Of a DNA stretch of 64,000 nt, positions 12,049 to 22,366 are shown one piece after another; the stretch's first letter is position 1, and each line of letters starts with the position of its first letter. Made by a program: the position numbers and the translations under genes. This DNA is from Cyanobacteriota bacterium. Lineage in GTDB: Bacteria; Cyanobacteriota; Cyanobacteriia; Thermostichales; Thermostichaceae. The stretch lies in the NCBI GenBank assembly GCA_033764955.1, contig JANRIL010000040.1:74524-138523 (forward strand), read 5' to 3'. The notes under the pieces were generated by a model. The model had not been told where the DNA came from and made no database searches. It saw only the letters and a program-made list of their open reading frames with translations.

Positions 12049-12272
12049 TGCCTTTGCCCTACTCGACAGCTTTACTCAGTTCTACCCCAGCTACCACTTT
12101 GTCTAAAAACCTGCTAACGGTCAGATTGCCCACTCCAGATGGCAATTTTGGCTACTGGTAACCCGCAAAAAAAATCTCGCCAACCAGTTGTACAAATATG
12201 GGGAGGGCAGCGTAATATAGTAGATCGCTGTATTCAACCACCATTTCTGACTACCCGTTGAGGATTTTCTGC

Positions 12273-12884
12273 ATGTCCCGCTTCACAGGCCCTCGTCTCA
12301 AAGTTGTCCGCCGCTTTGGTGGCCTGGATCTCCCTGGTCTGACCCGCAAGCGCCCCAAAAACACCAATCCTCCTGGCCAGCACGGAGCCGAGCGCAAAAA
12401 GAAGTCTGAATATGCGGTTCGTCTTGACGAAAAACAAAAGGTTCGCTTCAACTATGGCATCACCGAGCGGCAGATGGTGCGCTACATGAAACGGGCACGC
12501 CGTTCCACCGGATCGACGGGGTTAGCCCTCCTGCAAATGTTGGAGATGCGGTTGGACTGCATCGTCTTTCGCCTGGGGATGGCTCCCACTATCCCTGCGG
12601 CTCGCCAAGTCGTCACCCACGGACATATCGAAGTGAATGGGCGGAAAGTGACGATTCCTAGCTATGGCTGCCGAGTGGGAGATGTGATCACTGTTGCCAA
12701 TCGACCAGTCTCCCGTAAAGTAGTCAGTACCTACGCCGAATATCCCGGCTTGTTTTTGCCCGATTTTCTTGAATTTGACAAAAACACCCTCAAAGGTCGT
12801 ATTAAAGAACTGCCTCCGCGTGAGCAAGTGTCTGCCCCTGTCAATGAACTGTTAGTGGTGGAGTTTTATTCCCGCAAACTCTAA
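12273..12884 (+). CDS. rpsD: 30S ribosomal protein S4
   Basis: [14 protein letters not shown]...LEMRLD...[11 protein letters not shown]...VEFYSR; start placed at ATG 12273. Confidence 0.97.
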   Translation: MSRFTGPRLKVVRRFGGLDLPGLTRKRPKNTNPPGQHGAERKKKSEYAVRLDEKQKVRFNYGITERQMVRYMKRARRSTGSTGLALLQMLEMRLDCIVFRLGMAPTIPAARQVVTHGHIEVNGRKVTIPSYGCRVGDVITVANRPVSRKVVSTYAEYPGLFLPDFLEFDKNTLKGRIKELPPREQVSAPVNELLVVEFYSRKL

Positions 12885-13019
12885 GCATTGGCCGCCTAGG
12901 GATTGGCCGGGATCCTCCCTGGACATTATGGGTGAGGGATACCGACAAGGGATCCCCTAACATTTGAGTAATCATCACCGGAGATCTGTGGATCCCTATG
13001 GAGCAAGGGGTTCACTCCC

Positions 13020-13406
13020 TCAGGAAGGCTTTCTCGCAATTTGAGCTTGCCACAGTATCAAAAGGGGAAAAGCTAACTCCAGTCCAGTAAAGATCAACAT
13101 CATGGGACTTGGTATACCTACCTGCCAGATGGAGACTACTCGACCCACTCCACCCAGAAATACAGAAATGCCAATAATGCGAAAAAGGCTGGTGTGTTCT
13201 TCGATTCGGGGAATAACCCACAAACCAATCATCCCTAGTGAAAGATAATAGCCTGTAATGTAGCGATAATGGCTATCAAAATCGGGGGTAATACTAGGGT
13301 CAGGCAGCCATCTTGATAACCCCTGAGTTATCCCCAGTAGCCCAACCCAAATCGGGATCCCACTGAGTATGGCCAGAATAATTTGTAGCCCTCGTTTCAT
13401 AAGCAA
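13020..13406 (-). CDS. Small four-TM membrane protein (DUF4345-like)
   Basis: Hydrophobic helices with DSHYRY and GGVGRVVS...G.P...ELAFP pattern. Confidence 0.65.
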   Translation of the reverse strand: MLMKRGLQIILAILSGIPIWVGLLGITQGLSRWLPDPSITPDFDSHYRYITGYYLSLGMIGLWVIPRIEEHTSLFRIIGISVFLGGVGRVVSIWQVGIPSPMMLIFTGLELAFPLLILWQAQIARKPS

Positions 13407-13467
13407 TGGTTCTATTCCTGCTATTTTTGGCTAATCATTCAAGGAACTGGTTCTTGCCTCTGCCACT

Positions 13468-13995
13468 TTAGGGATCTTGAGGAGAACGGGGAAGGAAATC
13501 GAGCCAGCCTTCGCCCCGTTCTTCCAGAAATTTGGCTAAAAGTCGCCGTTGTTGTGGGTTGAGAATATCTCGTATTTCCAACATAATTTGGAAGCGGGTT
13601 TCCTGCAGTCGTTGTTGCTGTTGCTGCATCACTCGAAACTGATTTTGCAGCTCAGAAGTCGAGACATCCATTGCTAAGGATTGCCGCAACTGCTGACGGG
13701 TTTGGCGGAGGGAGTGTTGCTGTTCTTGGATGGTTTGTTGGTGTTGCCGCCGCAGGGCTTGCATGTCCTGAAGTTGTTGAGGGGTTAAGCGCAGTTGCCT
13801 CAGCCAGCCTGCTTGGGGGGGAGCGAGTCCCGGAGGTGCTTGGGCATTGCCGGGATCCCTGAGTCCTAACGGTTCAGCCGACTGGGGGGGATCCCCCTGC
13901 CCTAAGAATCCTGACCAGCCCTGGCAGCCCAGCGATAGGGATCCCAACCCAATTGCGACCAGAACCGAACATAAACGCTTCATATCTCTTCTCAT
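13468..13995 (-). CDS. Spy/CpxP-family periplasmic chaperone, lipoprotein
   Basis: SLGC lipobox, LRLTPQQ and ILNPQQR (LTxxQ) motifs, Gln-rich coiled coil. Confidence 0.8.
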   Translation of the reverse strand: MRRDMKRLCSVLVAIGLGSLSLGCQGWSGFLGQGDPPQSAEPLGLRDPGNAQAPPGLAPPQAGWLRQLRLTPQQLQDMQALRRQHQQTIQEQQHSLRQTRQQLRQSLAMDVSTSELQNQFRVMQQQQQRLQETRFQIMLEIRDILNPQQRRLLAKFLEERGEGWLDFLPRSPQDP

Positions 13996-14023
13996 CCTTA
14001 AACACTAGCGATCCACCCCTGAT

Positions 14024-14422
14024 TCATAAATACTCCGAAGACGCCAACGTAACCTCAGCCCAGTTATCTTCCAAAAAATCCTCCAATTCCTGCATCTCAG
14101 CCATCTGATAGCGGGTGGTCAGCAGCCAAGGTAAGCCCATAGCCAGGAGCAGACTGGCTGCCGCTAGCACTGGGATCCCCCATCGGTGGTGCAGGGAGAT
14201 CCCCCAGATCAGGTTTTTCGGAGGGATTGCCTTAGCTACCCTGTCGGACTGAATGCTCTGAAGAATGCGATCTTCTAGATCCTTGGTTGCCACGGGAGCC
14301 ACTGGGGCATAACTACGCAGAAAGGTCAGCCAACGCTGCTCGGATTCAGTCGGATCCAGACCATCCTCAGAATCAAAGTAGCAGTGGGGTTGTCGAGGGG
14401 AACGACGAGAGGGATCAGTCAT
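14024..14422 (-). CDS. Putative single-TM anti-sigma factor
   Basis: Overlaps the ECF sigma stop; one TM helix; LEDFLEDNW C-terminus. Confidence 0.65.
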   Translation of the reverse strand: MTDPSRRSPRQPHCYFDSEDGLDPTESEQRWLTFLRSYAPVAPVATKDLEDRILQSIQSDRVAKAIPPKNLIWGISLHHRWGIPVLAAASLLLAMGLPWLLTTRYQMAEMQELEDFLEDNWAEVTLASSEYL

Positions 14423-14976
14423 GGTTGGATTCCTGCTTTTTGCAAGTAGGTACGGAGAGCAGCACGGGCATGAAAAAGGCGAGATTTAACGGTTCCCACT
14501 GGGATCTTAAGGATATCGGCAATGGCTTTCTGGGGTTGTTCCTCCAGATCGTGCAGGACAAGCACACTTCGATGTTGCCAACTCAACTGAGCCAATCCCT
14601 GCTGCAAAACTTCTTGATAGTGCCTTTTCATCAGATCCGGAGCCTCCTGCTGAAGGGGAGCAATCCGCCCCAACACCTGCACCTGTTGACGCTGTTGAGC
14701 AAAGCGCCGACGCTGATCACAGGCCACATTCCAGGCAATCCGATAGAGCCAAGTGGAAAACTGAGCCGATTGCTGAAACTTGGGTAAGCCTCGCCACGCC
14801 CGCAAAAACACCTCCTGCACCAGATCATCCAAATGGGTAGCTCCCGCCAGTTGAAACAAAATCGATCGAACTCTTGCCTGGTGGCGCTGATACAGTTGCC
14901 GAAAGCTGCGGGGATCCCCCTCCAGACAAGCCTGTACCAAAGCCAGATCGTCATTCACCTCGGTTTGGCTGGCCAT
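14419..14976 (-). CDS. ECF RNA polymerase sigma factor
   Basis: DDLVQEVFLRAW, FSTWLYRIAWN, IPVGTVKSRLFHAR. Confidence 0.92.
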   Translation of the reverse strand: MASQTEVNDDLALVQACLEGDPRSFRQLYQRHQARVRSILFQLAGATHLDDLVQEVFLRAWRGLPKFQQSAQFSTWLYRIAWNVACDQRRRFAQQRQQVQVLGRIAPLQQEAPDLMKRHYQEVLQQGLAQLSWQHRSVLVLHDLEEQPQKAIADILKIPVGTVKSRLFHARAALRTYLQKAGIQP

Positions 14977-15131
14977 AGCGATTTAATCCTGCCGCCTCAG
15001 CATACCCACACCTCCTTATTCCAGGCCAGTTACCGATTAGACCGTCGAGGAGGGGGAAGGGTTCAACGGGAGGAGATAGGGGATCCCAAAAAGCGGCTCG
15101 CCCTGACGTTTTCGTGACTGGCGGCGACTGG

Positions 15132-16232
15132 CTACTGGCTGAGGCGAGTGCGGATAGCGACTGCATCCAATGCCTTCCCGATCACCACCAACTGGGTTAC
15201 TTTGGCCTCACCGACTTGCCAAGGACGGTCATAAAACCAGTCAAATCGTTGTCCAACTCCCTGCACCACCAACCGCATCGCTTTGTCGGGCACCACAACA
15301 AATCCCTTAATCCGATAGATTTCCTGCTCCTGAACAAGGATTTTCAGGCTGTCGATCAGGGCTTCCGGCTGAAAGCTTTGGGGTAATGTCAGAGGAATTG
15401 ACTGAATCGTCTGGTCATGATCATGGTCTTCATGCTCATGATCATGCTCGTGACCACCCCAGCGCTGCTCAAGATCGGCTTCTGCTGCCGCCAGCAAGCC
15501 CATCCAGACGGGCGGAGGCACCTGCCCATTCCGCGAGGAAAGAATTTTCACCCCTGGGCGAACTTGGGGGACTAGCCACTGATGCACCCGCTCTAGAGTG
15601 ATCGGGTCGAGGCGATCCCCTTTGCTGAGCAAGACCAAATCGGCACAGGCCAGTTGATCCTCAAACAGTTCCTCTAGGGGCGTCTCATGATCCAAACTGG
15701 GATCCGCTTGCCGTTGCGCCATCAACGACGGCAGATCCGCCGCCACTGATCCCGTTGCCACCGCTTCCCCATCCACCACCGTAATCACCCCATCCACTGT
15801 GGCGGCATGACGAATCTCAGGCCAGCGAAAGGCTTGTAGCAAAGGCTGGGGCAGAGCCAAGCCGGAGGTTTCAATGACAATCGCATCCAGCCGATCCCGC
15901 TGTTCCAGTAGATATTGCATGGTGGGCAAAAACTCCTCCTGCACCGTGCAGCAAAGGCAACCGTTGGTCAGTTCCACAATCGGCAAGGAAGGGGAAAGGG
16001 ATCCCTGGGTTTGTTCCTGCTCAACCTGACCGTCCTGACAAATGCCACAGTTATCTTGGCTAGCATCTTGGCTGGCTCTCAGCAAATCTCCATCAATGCC
16101 AATCTCCCCAAACTCATTGACCAGGATGGCGATCCGCTTGCCCTCGTTATGGAGCAAAAGGTGGCGCAACAGGGTGGTCTTGCCACTCCCTAAAAAGCCT
16201 GTCACCACCGTTACGGGAATTTTGGCTGCCAT
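15132..16232 (-). CDS. cobW: Cobalamin biosynthesis GTPase CobW (COG0523)
   Basis: TGFLGSGKTT, NGCLCCTVQEEF, ETSGLALP, DHETPLEELFEDQ and a His-rich linker; start set at MAAKIPV. Confidence 0.9.
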   Translation of the reverse strand: MAAKIPVTVVTGFLGSGKTTLLRHLLLHNEGKRIAILVNEFGEIGIDGDLLRASQDASQDNCGICQDGQVEQEQTQGSLSPSLPIVELTNGCLCCTVQEEFLPTMQYLLEQRDRLDAIVIETSGLALPQPLLQAFRWPEIRHAATVDGVITVVDGEAVATGSVAADLPSLMAQRQADPSLDHETPLEELFEDQLACADLVLLSKGDRLDPITLERVHQWLVPQVRPGVKILSSRNGQVPPPVWMGLLAAAEADLEQRWGGHEHDHEHEDHDHDQTIQSIPLTLPQSFQPEALIDSLKILVQEQEIYRIKGFVVVPDKAMRLVVQGVGQRFDWFYDRPWQVGEAKVTQLVVIGKALDAVAIRTRLSQ

Positions 16233-16320
16233 CGCCCATCCTACCAATCAGGGCTTTTATCCTAGCAGGTTGGGTGTGCCTCCCCCTTGGCTAGTCGTGG
16301 GTCAGTTAGGCTCGATACCC

Positions 16321-17241
16321 CTAATGATCTGGGTTGGCTTTGAAAACGACCAAGACTACCCCCGACAGAATGACCAGCATCCCCAGCCATCCCATCGAAC
16401 TGAGTTGTTCTCCGGCTAGGGCAATTCCTAGCATGACAGCCACCACTGGATTGACATAGCTGTAGCTGGTGGCGAGGGAAGTTCTGACATGGCGCAGCAG
16501 GTAGGTATAAGCGCTGTAGCCTACCAGGGATCCAAAAATGATCAGATAAACCATCGCCAGCAACGGGATCCCAGTCGGGAAGTGGGTGAGGCGCTCCCCC
16601 CGCAGACCACCGATCAGCAGCAATACCAAACTCCCCCCCAGCATCTGCGCGGCACTCGACATCATCCCCCCTGGCAGGGGCAAGTGCCGACTCCAAACGG
16701 ATCCCAGTGCCCAACTCATGGCGCAGCCGATCAGCAGCAGTGCCCCGCCGGGGTTGGCTTGCAGATTCCCCTCCAGATTGAGGAACCCCACTCCTAGCAA
16801 CCCAATCGCCATTCCCAACCACTCACGGCGACTAGTGGGATCCCCCCAGAGGCGGGCAAACAGGGCGGCCCAGAGGGAGGTGGTGGCGATAATCAAAGAG
16901 GCCAATCCAGTATCTACCCACTGTTCGGCGTAGGCTAAGCCGCCATTGCCGAGGGCTAACAACAAGCTCCCCACCAGGAGAGAGCTTCCCCATTGGGGGA
17001 GAGTAGGGGAAGGGGATCCCTGCCAGCGTGACCAGCCATAGAGCAAACTGCCCGCCACCATAAAGCGCAGCCCCATCAGGGTGAAGGGGGGGAAATCGTG
17101 GGTAGCGATGGCAATCGCCAGGTAGGTGGATCCCCAGATAAAGTAGAGAACAATCAGGCAAAAGATGACCGTGGGACGATGGGGTAGAGGCGGCTCAGTC
17201 CTGGTAACGGGGGCGGTCAAAAGGGGACTTTTGGTATCCAT
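16321..17241 (-). CDS. EamA/DMT exporter (YedA-like)
   Basis: YFIWGSTYLAI and YSYVNPVVAV motifs, about 10 TM helices; start uncertain. Confidence 0.88.
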   Translation of the reverse strand: MDTKSPLLTAPVTRTEPPLPHRPTVIFCLIVLYFIWGSTYLAIAIATHDFPPFTLMGLRFMVAGSLLYGWSRWQGSPSPTLPQWGSSLLVGSLLLALGNGGLAYAEQWVDTGLASLIIATTSLWAALFARLWGDPTSRREWLGMAIGLLGVGFLNLEGNLQANPGGALLLIGCAMSWALGSVWSRHLPLPGGMMSSAAQMLGGSLVLLLIGGLRGERLTHFPTGIPLLAMVYLIIFGSLVGYSAYTYLLRHVRTSLATSYSYVNPVVAVMLGIALAGEQLSSMGWLGMLVILSGVVLVVFKANPDH

Positions 17242-17332
17242 AATCCCCGTATGATAGACGGGATCCCCCTCCTGCCCACCGTCTTTCTGCACAGTTCCCC
17301 TAGCCAACGATTCTCATCCAGCACGCTTTCTC

Positions 17333-17638
17333 ATGAATCCGCAGGAGCTACAAGATAAAGCTTGGCTGGGGGATGCGGTTCTTTCTTTGTATGCGCGGGA
17401 GTGGTTGCTCCGCCATCCTCTCGATTCGGATCTGACCCGCAGTCAGTTGTTTATTCGCATGACCTCCAATAACTTTCTGTCAGGCTTAGGGGATCCCACT
17501 CGCATCGAAGCCGAAATCGGTCTGATCTATGAACAGCAGGGGTTGACGGCAGCCTTCCAGCACATTCAAGAAAAGATTTTGCCTTTGTTTCTCCGGCAGA
17601 TGGCGAAGCGGCAGCGGGGACTACGGGGATCCCGATAA
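17333..17638 (+). CDS. Very small RNase III-domain protein (Mini-III-like)
   Basis: AWLGDAVLSLYARE signature and EAEIGLIY; no dsRBD. Confidence 0.7.
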   Translation: MNPQELQDKAWLGDAVLSLYAREWLLRHPLDSDLTRSQLFIRMTSNNFLSGLGDPTRIEAEIGLIYEQQGLTAAFQHIQEKILPLFLRQMAKRQRGLRGSR

Positions 17639-17804
17639 CCCTAGCTTCCTCCATCCAAACCCCCAGCTCTATCTATCAAGGAGATAAAAGCATAAGGATG
17701 CTAATAATAACAAGAGTCATCTTTCTCTGAGGGCTGAGATTAAATCCACTGCCATCGGAAAGGCAGACGGAGCCACTTCTTTTGATTACTATGAGTACCT
17801 ATTC

Positions 17805-18725
17805 ATGTCTACTTTAATGGCCAGCCATTTGCATAAAACCTATCGCTCTGGTCGGCAGCGCATCACCGCTGTTAATGATGTATCACTGACCCTCAAATCC
17901 GGTGAAATTTTGGCCTTTCTGGGTGCCAATGGAGCAGGCAAAACTACCACGGTCAAGATGATTGCCGGACTGATTCGACCGGATCGGGGACAGGTGCGGA
18001 TAGAAGGTAGGGATCCCTATCAAGACACCTCTGTTTTGGGATGGTTAGGAGCAGTTTTAGAAGGAAACCGCAATCTTTATTGGCGGTTGACTCCAATACA
18101 AAATCTAGAATATTTTGGTGTCTTGAGGGGGCTAAGCCAGAGAGTTTCTCGTCAACGGGCTGAGCAATTACTCGATCAATTTCAGCTAGCCCATAAACGA
18201 CAAACCCCTGTGGAAAAGTTATCGCGGGGGATGCAACAAAAGGTTGCCATTGCGGTGGCATTGATTCATCATCCCCCTCTGTTGCTGCTTGATGAACCCA
18301 CATTGGGATTGGATGTGGAATCAACCCAGCAGATCAAATCTCGTATCCGCGAAATTGCTAACGCCGGACAGTCCATTTTGCTAACCACCCATCAGCTTGA
18401 TATGGTGGAGACCCTGGCGGATCGGGTTTCGATTATTCATCGGGGAGAGATTATTGTAGAATCAACTCCCAAACAACTCATTCAACAGTTTTCTAGTGCT
18501 ACCTATCGCATTGAATTGGCAGAACCTTTAGATACGGAACGGATGATCAAGCTGCAATCCTCACAAGTCACAATTATTGACACACAAACCATTTCCTTTG
18601 CTCACACCCCTGAGAAGCTGTACCAAACCCTAGATATTCTCCGTCCTTTGCCTCTGATTCTTGTCAAAAAAGAGGAGGCCGACTTAACCCAAGTATTTTT
18701 GAAATTGGTGCGGGATCATGATTGA
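17805..18725 (+). CDS. ABC-2 type exporter ATP-binding protein
   Basis: GANGAGKTT, LSRGMQQK, LLLLDEPT. Confidence 0.92.
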   Translation: MSTLMASHLHKTYRSGRQRITAVNDVSLTLKSGEILAFLGANGAGKTTTVKMIAGLIRPDRGQVRIEGRDPYQDTSVLGWLGAVLEGNRNLYWRLTPIQNLEYFGVLRGLSQRVSRQRAEQLLDQFQLAHKRQTPVEKLSRGMQQKVAIAVALIHHPPLLLLDEPTLGLDVESTQQIKSRIREIANAGQSILLTTHQLDMVETLADRVSIIHRGEIIVESTPKQLIQQFSSATYRIELAEPLDTERMIKLQSSQVTIIDTQTISFAHTPEKLYQTLDILRPLPLILVKKEEADLTQVFLKLVRDHD

Positions 18726-19491
18726 GTTGTTGAAAGCGGAGCTAAAGCGCACATGGATTCAGTCTACTCGTTATCCCTTGGAGGCCTTGGGACGCATTTT
18801 TATTACTACCTGTTTTTTTTATGCCCTGTTTCTGGGATCCAAATACATCGCAGAACCTCCGGCCTCTTTTGGCAATCGTTTGGATAGTATCGTGATTGGC
18901 TATATTTTATGGACACTGGTTATTTTTATTGTCAATGATATTGCCATCACCCTACAAATTGAGGTGCAAACCGGAACTCTCCAACAGGTTTTACTCTCCC
19001 CTTATGAGCCAGTTAAAATTTTTTTGGCTCGCGCCTTAGCCAGTTTACTGTTAAGACTGACAACCATTATCACCATTTTGCTAATCATCTTGGTTTTAAC
19101 AGGTAGCCAACTGGCTTTTCCAATTTCGCTCCTGTTGCCGCTTCTGAGTGTCATTTTAGGAGCCTATGGTCTGGCTTTTATGATGGGATCCCTAGCGGTT
19201 TTATTGAAGCGTATTCAACAACTGTTGGTGATTCTGCAATTTGGGTTGCTGTTTCTTTTGGCAACCCCCATCGAAGACTGGCAAGGGATCCCTGCCCTGC
19301 TGGGGCTATGGCTGCCGATGACTGCCGGGGCGGGTTTACTCAGACAGGTAATGGCGCAGGGTATGGCGCTAGACGGATTCCGTGCGGGGTTGGCCTTATT
19401 AGTGGGATTACTCTATTTCATTGTGGGGTTGGCTTGCTTTCGTTGGGCGGTCAATCATGGCAAGCAACAGGGAAATCTGGGAACCTACTAG
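18718..19491 (+). CDS. ABC-2 type exporter permease
   Basis: About 6 TM helices, EVQTGTLQQVLLSP motif, overlaps the ATPase stop. Confidence 0.88.
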   Translation: MIELLKAELKRTWIQSTRYPLEALGRIFITTCFFYALFLGSKYIAEPPASFGNRLDSIVIGYILWTLVIFIVNDIAITLQIEVQTGTLQQVLLSPYEPVKIFLARALASLLLRLTTIITILLIILVLTGSQLAFPISLLLPLLSVILGAYGLAFMMGSLAVLLKRIQQLLVILQFGLLFLLATPIEDWQGIPALLGLWLPMTAGAGLLRQVMAQGMALDGFRAGLALLVGLLYFIVGLACFRWAVNHGKQQGNLGTY

Positions 19492-19795
19492 GTTGTGTTG
19501 ATCTTTCGCTTTCACTGCTCAATTTCGTCATATTTTTGGGCATCCGTTGGTCGTTTTTTTCATCCCTAGAGCTACTCTCTAAGTCTTGCCATAGTCTAAA
19601 ATCCCGCTTCATCATCTCGACTTACCCCTGCTCCATCCGCCAGGGATCCCCAAGTTCCTTGAAGTGTGTTCAAGAATACCTCAGCTTTTGTGCTCTATTA
19701 AGAATTACCACAGTTTTTTTTCAAAGAGTACCTGAGTCTGATACCTTGTGGGCAGTTCAGAAAAGTCTCTGATTTCTTCAACTCATTTTCTAAAG

Positions 19796-22366
19796 ATGGG
19801 ATCCCTTTTCCGCAGAATGACTCACTATTTGTTGTTGGGATCCCTATTGTTGGGTTTGCTTGCCTGTGGCTCAGACACCCCCAGTACCCTAACCACTCCA
19901 GGGGATCCCGATACCACTCAGGTTTGGTTTGAAGGGGATCCCACGACTTTTGACTCGACCGATGCCGCCATTGCCTTTGGGATTGCGGTGCTCAAAGAGC
20001 CTCCCAACTCAATAGCCAATCCTGTCAATGACCAAATTCGGGTGGAGGTGGAAAGTCGGTTTGGTATTTCTCTGAGTGAGCAACAACTCAATAGCAGCAA
20101 TGGCTTTGTCTTGGCTGCTGCCGATTTGGATGGCAATGGTCAGGTTAATTCTCAAGATGCGGCGGTGGCCTTTGCGGTGGCGGTGCTGCGAGAACCTCCC
20201 AACAATGTTGCTTGCCCATCTAAGGTGCAGGTGCAAACGGAGGTGGAGAGGCGATTTGGATTCTCGGTCACCTTACTCAAACCGATTCCTTGTTCGGGAT
20301 CCGCATTCCCCCCAGGGATCCCTAGTCCTGATGTGACACCCAGTGCAGAAGCAAGCGAACCACCCACCGGAACCATTCAAATTATTGGTGTGGAGGACAA
20401 AGATGGGATCCCGCTCACCATAGGCGAGACTCTTAGGTTAGAAGCGGTGGCTATCGATGCTGAGGGCAGGGATATTTCTCAGTGGATTGAGTGGCGCAAT
20501 CCTCAAAATCAGGTGATGGGGAGAGGAGCCGTTCTGGATTATCCAGCCAATAGTGTGGTCATGGAAACTCTGACGGCGCAAATCGGGGAAGACCAAAGTA
20601 AAGCTCAGACTGGGATGGCTTCAGCCAGAGTCAGTTTTACGGTGTCTACACCAGAGGCGGTGATTGCTCCCCATGTCAAAGTCTTGCCAGAACAAGCGCA
20701 AGAACAGATTTTGCTGCTCGATTTTGAGAAGGGGTTGCTGCAACTAGCCGACATCTCTGCTCTGCCGACACTGCGAGTTGGGGATGTCGTGTTGGGGGCT
20801 GGAGTCGAAATTCCTCCCCATCGGATTAGCCAAATCGAGGCTCAAGATGGCACCCTCTCCTTGACCATGCAGCCTGCTTATCCGCAAGAGGTGATTAGGC
20901 AAGGAAAGATTTCCCAATGGCAGCAGGTGAGGCTTGATAGTCAAGGCAAGCTGGAAGCACGCTCTCCCCTCACCGCCAAAGCAGGCTGTGCCGGAGCTAT
21001 CACCAAAAGCCTCGACCTGCCGATCTATTCCCAAGCAGCGGTGGGAGTGGGTGTGCAAGTCAACAATTCAGTCAATGGGTTTCAGGCGGTAGAGAGTCAA
21101 CTGACCACCAGTTTAGAGGTGAGAGGAATTGCTGAGGTTAGTCTATGTCCTGTATTTGAGCCACCCACGATTGAGTTTAACGAAGAGGGGAATCTCTTTT
21201 CGGGTATCCGCCGTTTTGCGATGGGGGCAGGGGTAGAAGATATTACGGCACAGGCTTATCTACAAATGCAAGGGTTGTTGGAATGGGGATTTATCCGGCG
21301 GATCCCGACTCCGGCGATTAGTTTGGTGACGACACCCACGTTTTATTTGGGGCAGGTGGGGCCAGTGTCGGTGTGGGTGAGTTTTGAGGCATTGGGACAT
21401 TTTCCGGTAGAAGCGGGGGTGAGCTTATCGGCAACGGGAGTGAAATTGGGGGTGGGGTATGGGGGAGGGAGTTATCTGCAACGGATCACTTATCAGGATG
21501 AGGGAGAGAGTGGGAAATGGGAAAACACTTCGGAATCGAGTTTGGGAACATTCAGTCCCATTTTGGAAGGAGATATTGACTTAGATGGCTATATACAAGT
21601 GGGGTTTAACCCAGAGATTGAGACCAGTTTATGGGGATCCCCGCCTGGGTTATCGACAGCGAGATTAAAGCTCTTTGTTTTGCCGAAGATAGGGCTGAAC
21701 TTTTATGTGAGGGGGGAGGTTGAGCTACTGCCAGATGAGATTGGGGTGGAGATAGAGCAACCTCAATCGGGCACTACATTGGCAGGGAATGAAAGTATTG
21801 CCCTGAGGGCAAGAGCAAGTGGAGATCCAAAGCTGACTTTGTTGGCGGGAGTAGATTTAACCCTCCGCGATGGTTCTGTAGAAGATGGGTGTTCTTCTTC
21901 CTATGGAGCACAAGAAAACCAAGATAATGAGTACACTCTTCTATTAGAAGTGCAACCTTGTTATCTACAACCAAATGGTCGCCACTGGTTTAATAAAATT
22001 AGTGGTAGTAGCCCCTCTAAAGATAAAAATACTGTAATGATGCCCGACATAGATGTTTATAATGATGTGTCAGAAATAAATGAGGGAAAGACACCTAAAG
22101 TTCAAGGGATTTTTACACTGTCTAATGGGAGAAAATATTCATCTGAAACAACATCAGCAGGATATCGACTTGTACCTGAAGAAGGCCCAGGTTTCTTTCG
22201 GATGGATAGAGGTGCGTATACAGCACTTACCATCATCAAGAAATATCATGGTATTACAGAGGCTGCATTAAATGAAATAAACCTAAATCCAGGCATAACA
22301 GATAGTCAAAGGGATGAAGCAATTACAGTTTATGAACTTGGAGTGAGCTTAGGAGGCAAGCCCTAG
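19796..22366 (+). CDS. Large lipoprotein with dockerin-like and Ig-like domains and a variable C-terminal tip (putative polymorphic toxin carrier)
   Basis: LLAC lipobox (start 19796 or 19817); duplicated DSTDAAIAF..LKEPPN / DLDGNGQVNSQDAAVAF..LREPPN repeats; Ig-like segment; abrupt switch to AT-rich sequence after 21882. Confidence 0.75.
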   Translation: MGSLFRRMTHYLLLGSLLLGLLACGSDTPSTLTTPGDPDTTQVWFEGDPTTFDSTDAAIAFGIAVLKEPPNSIANPVNDQIRVEVESRFGISLSEQQLNSSNGFVLAAADLDGNGQVNSQDAAVAFAVAVLREPPNNVACPSKVQVQTEVERRFGFSVTLLKPIPCSGSAFPPGIPSPDVTPSAEASEPPTGTIQIIGVEDKDGIPLTIGETLRLEAVAIDAEGRDISQWIEWRNPQNQVMGRGAVLDYPANSVVMETLTAQIGEDQSKAQTGMASARVSFTVSTPEAVIAPHVKVLPEQAQEQILLLDFEKGLLQLADISALPTLRVGDVVLGAGVEIPPHRISQIEAQDGTLSLTMQPAYPQEVIRQGKISQWQQVRLDSQGKLEARSPLTAKAGCAGAITKSLDLPIYSQAAVGVGVQVNNSVNGFQAVESQLTTSLEVRGIAEVSLCPVFEPPTIEFNEEGNLFSGIRRFAMGAGVEDITAQAYLQMQGLLEWGFIRRIPTPAISLVTTPTFYLGQVGPVSVWVSFEALGHFPVEAGVSLSATGVKLGVGYGGGSYLQRITYQDEGESGKWENTSESSLGTFSPILEGDIDLDGYIQVGFNPEIETSLWGSPPGLSTARLKLFVLPKIGLNFYVRGEVELLPDEIGVEIEQPQSGTTLAGNESIALRARASGDPKLTLLAGVDLTLRDGSVEDGCSSSYGAQENQDNEYTLLLEVQPCYLQPNGRHWFNKISGSSPSKDKNTVMMPDIDVYNDVSEINEGKTPKVQGIFTLSNGRKYSSETTSAGYRLVPEEGPGFFRMDRGAYTALTIIKKYHGITEAALNEINLNPGITDSQRDEAITVYELGVSLGGKP
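21559..21882 (+). repeat. Direct repeat copy 1 (~324 bp) immediately before the carrier tip
   Basis: Matches 23200-23523 at offset 1641, about 15 mismatches by manual alignment. Confidence 0.97.
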
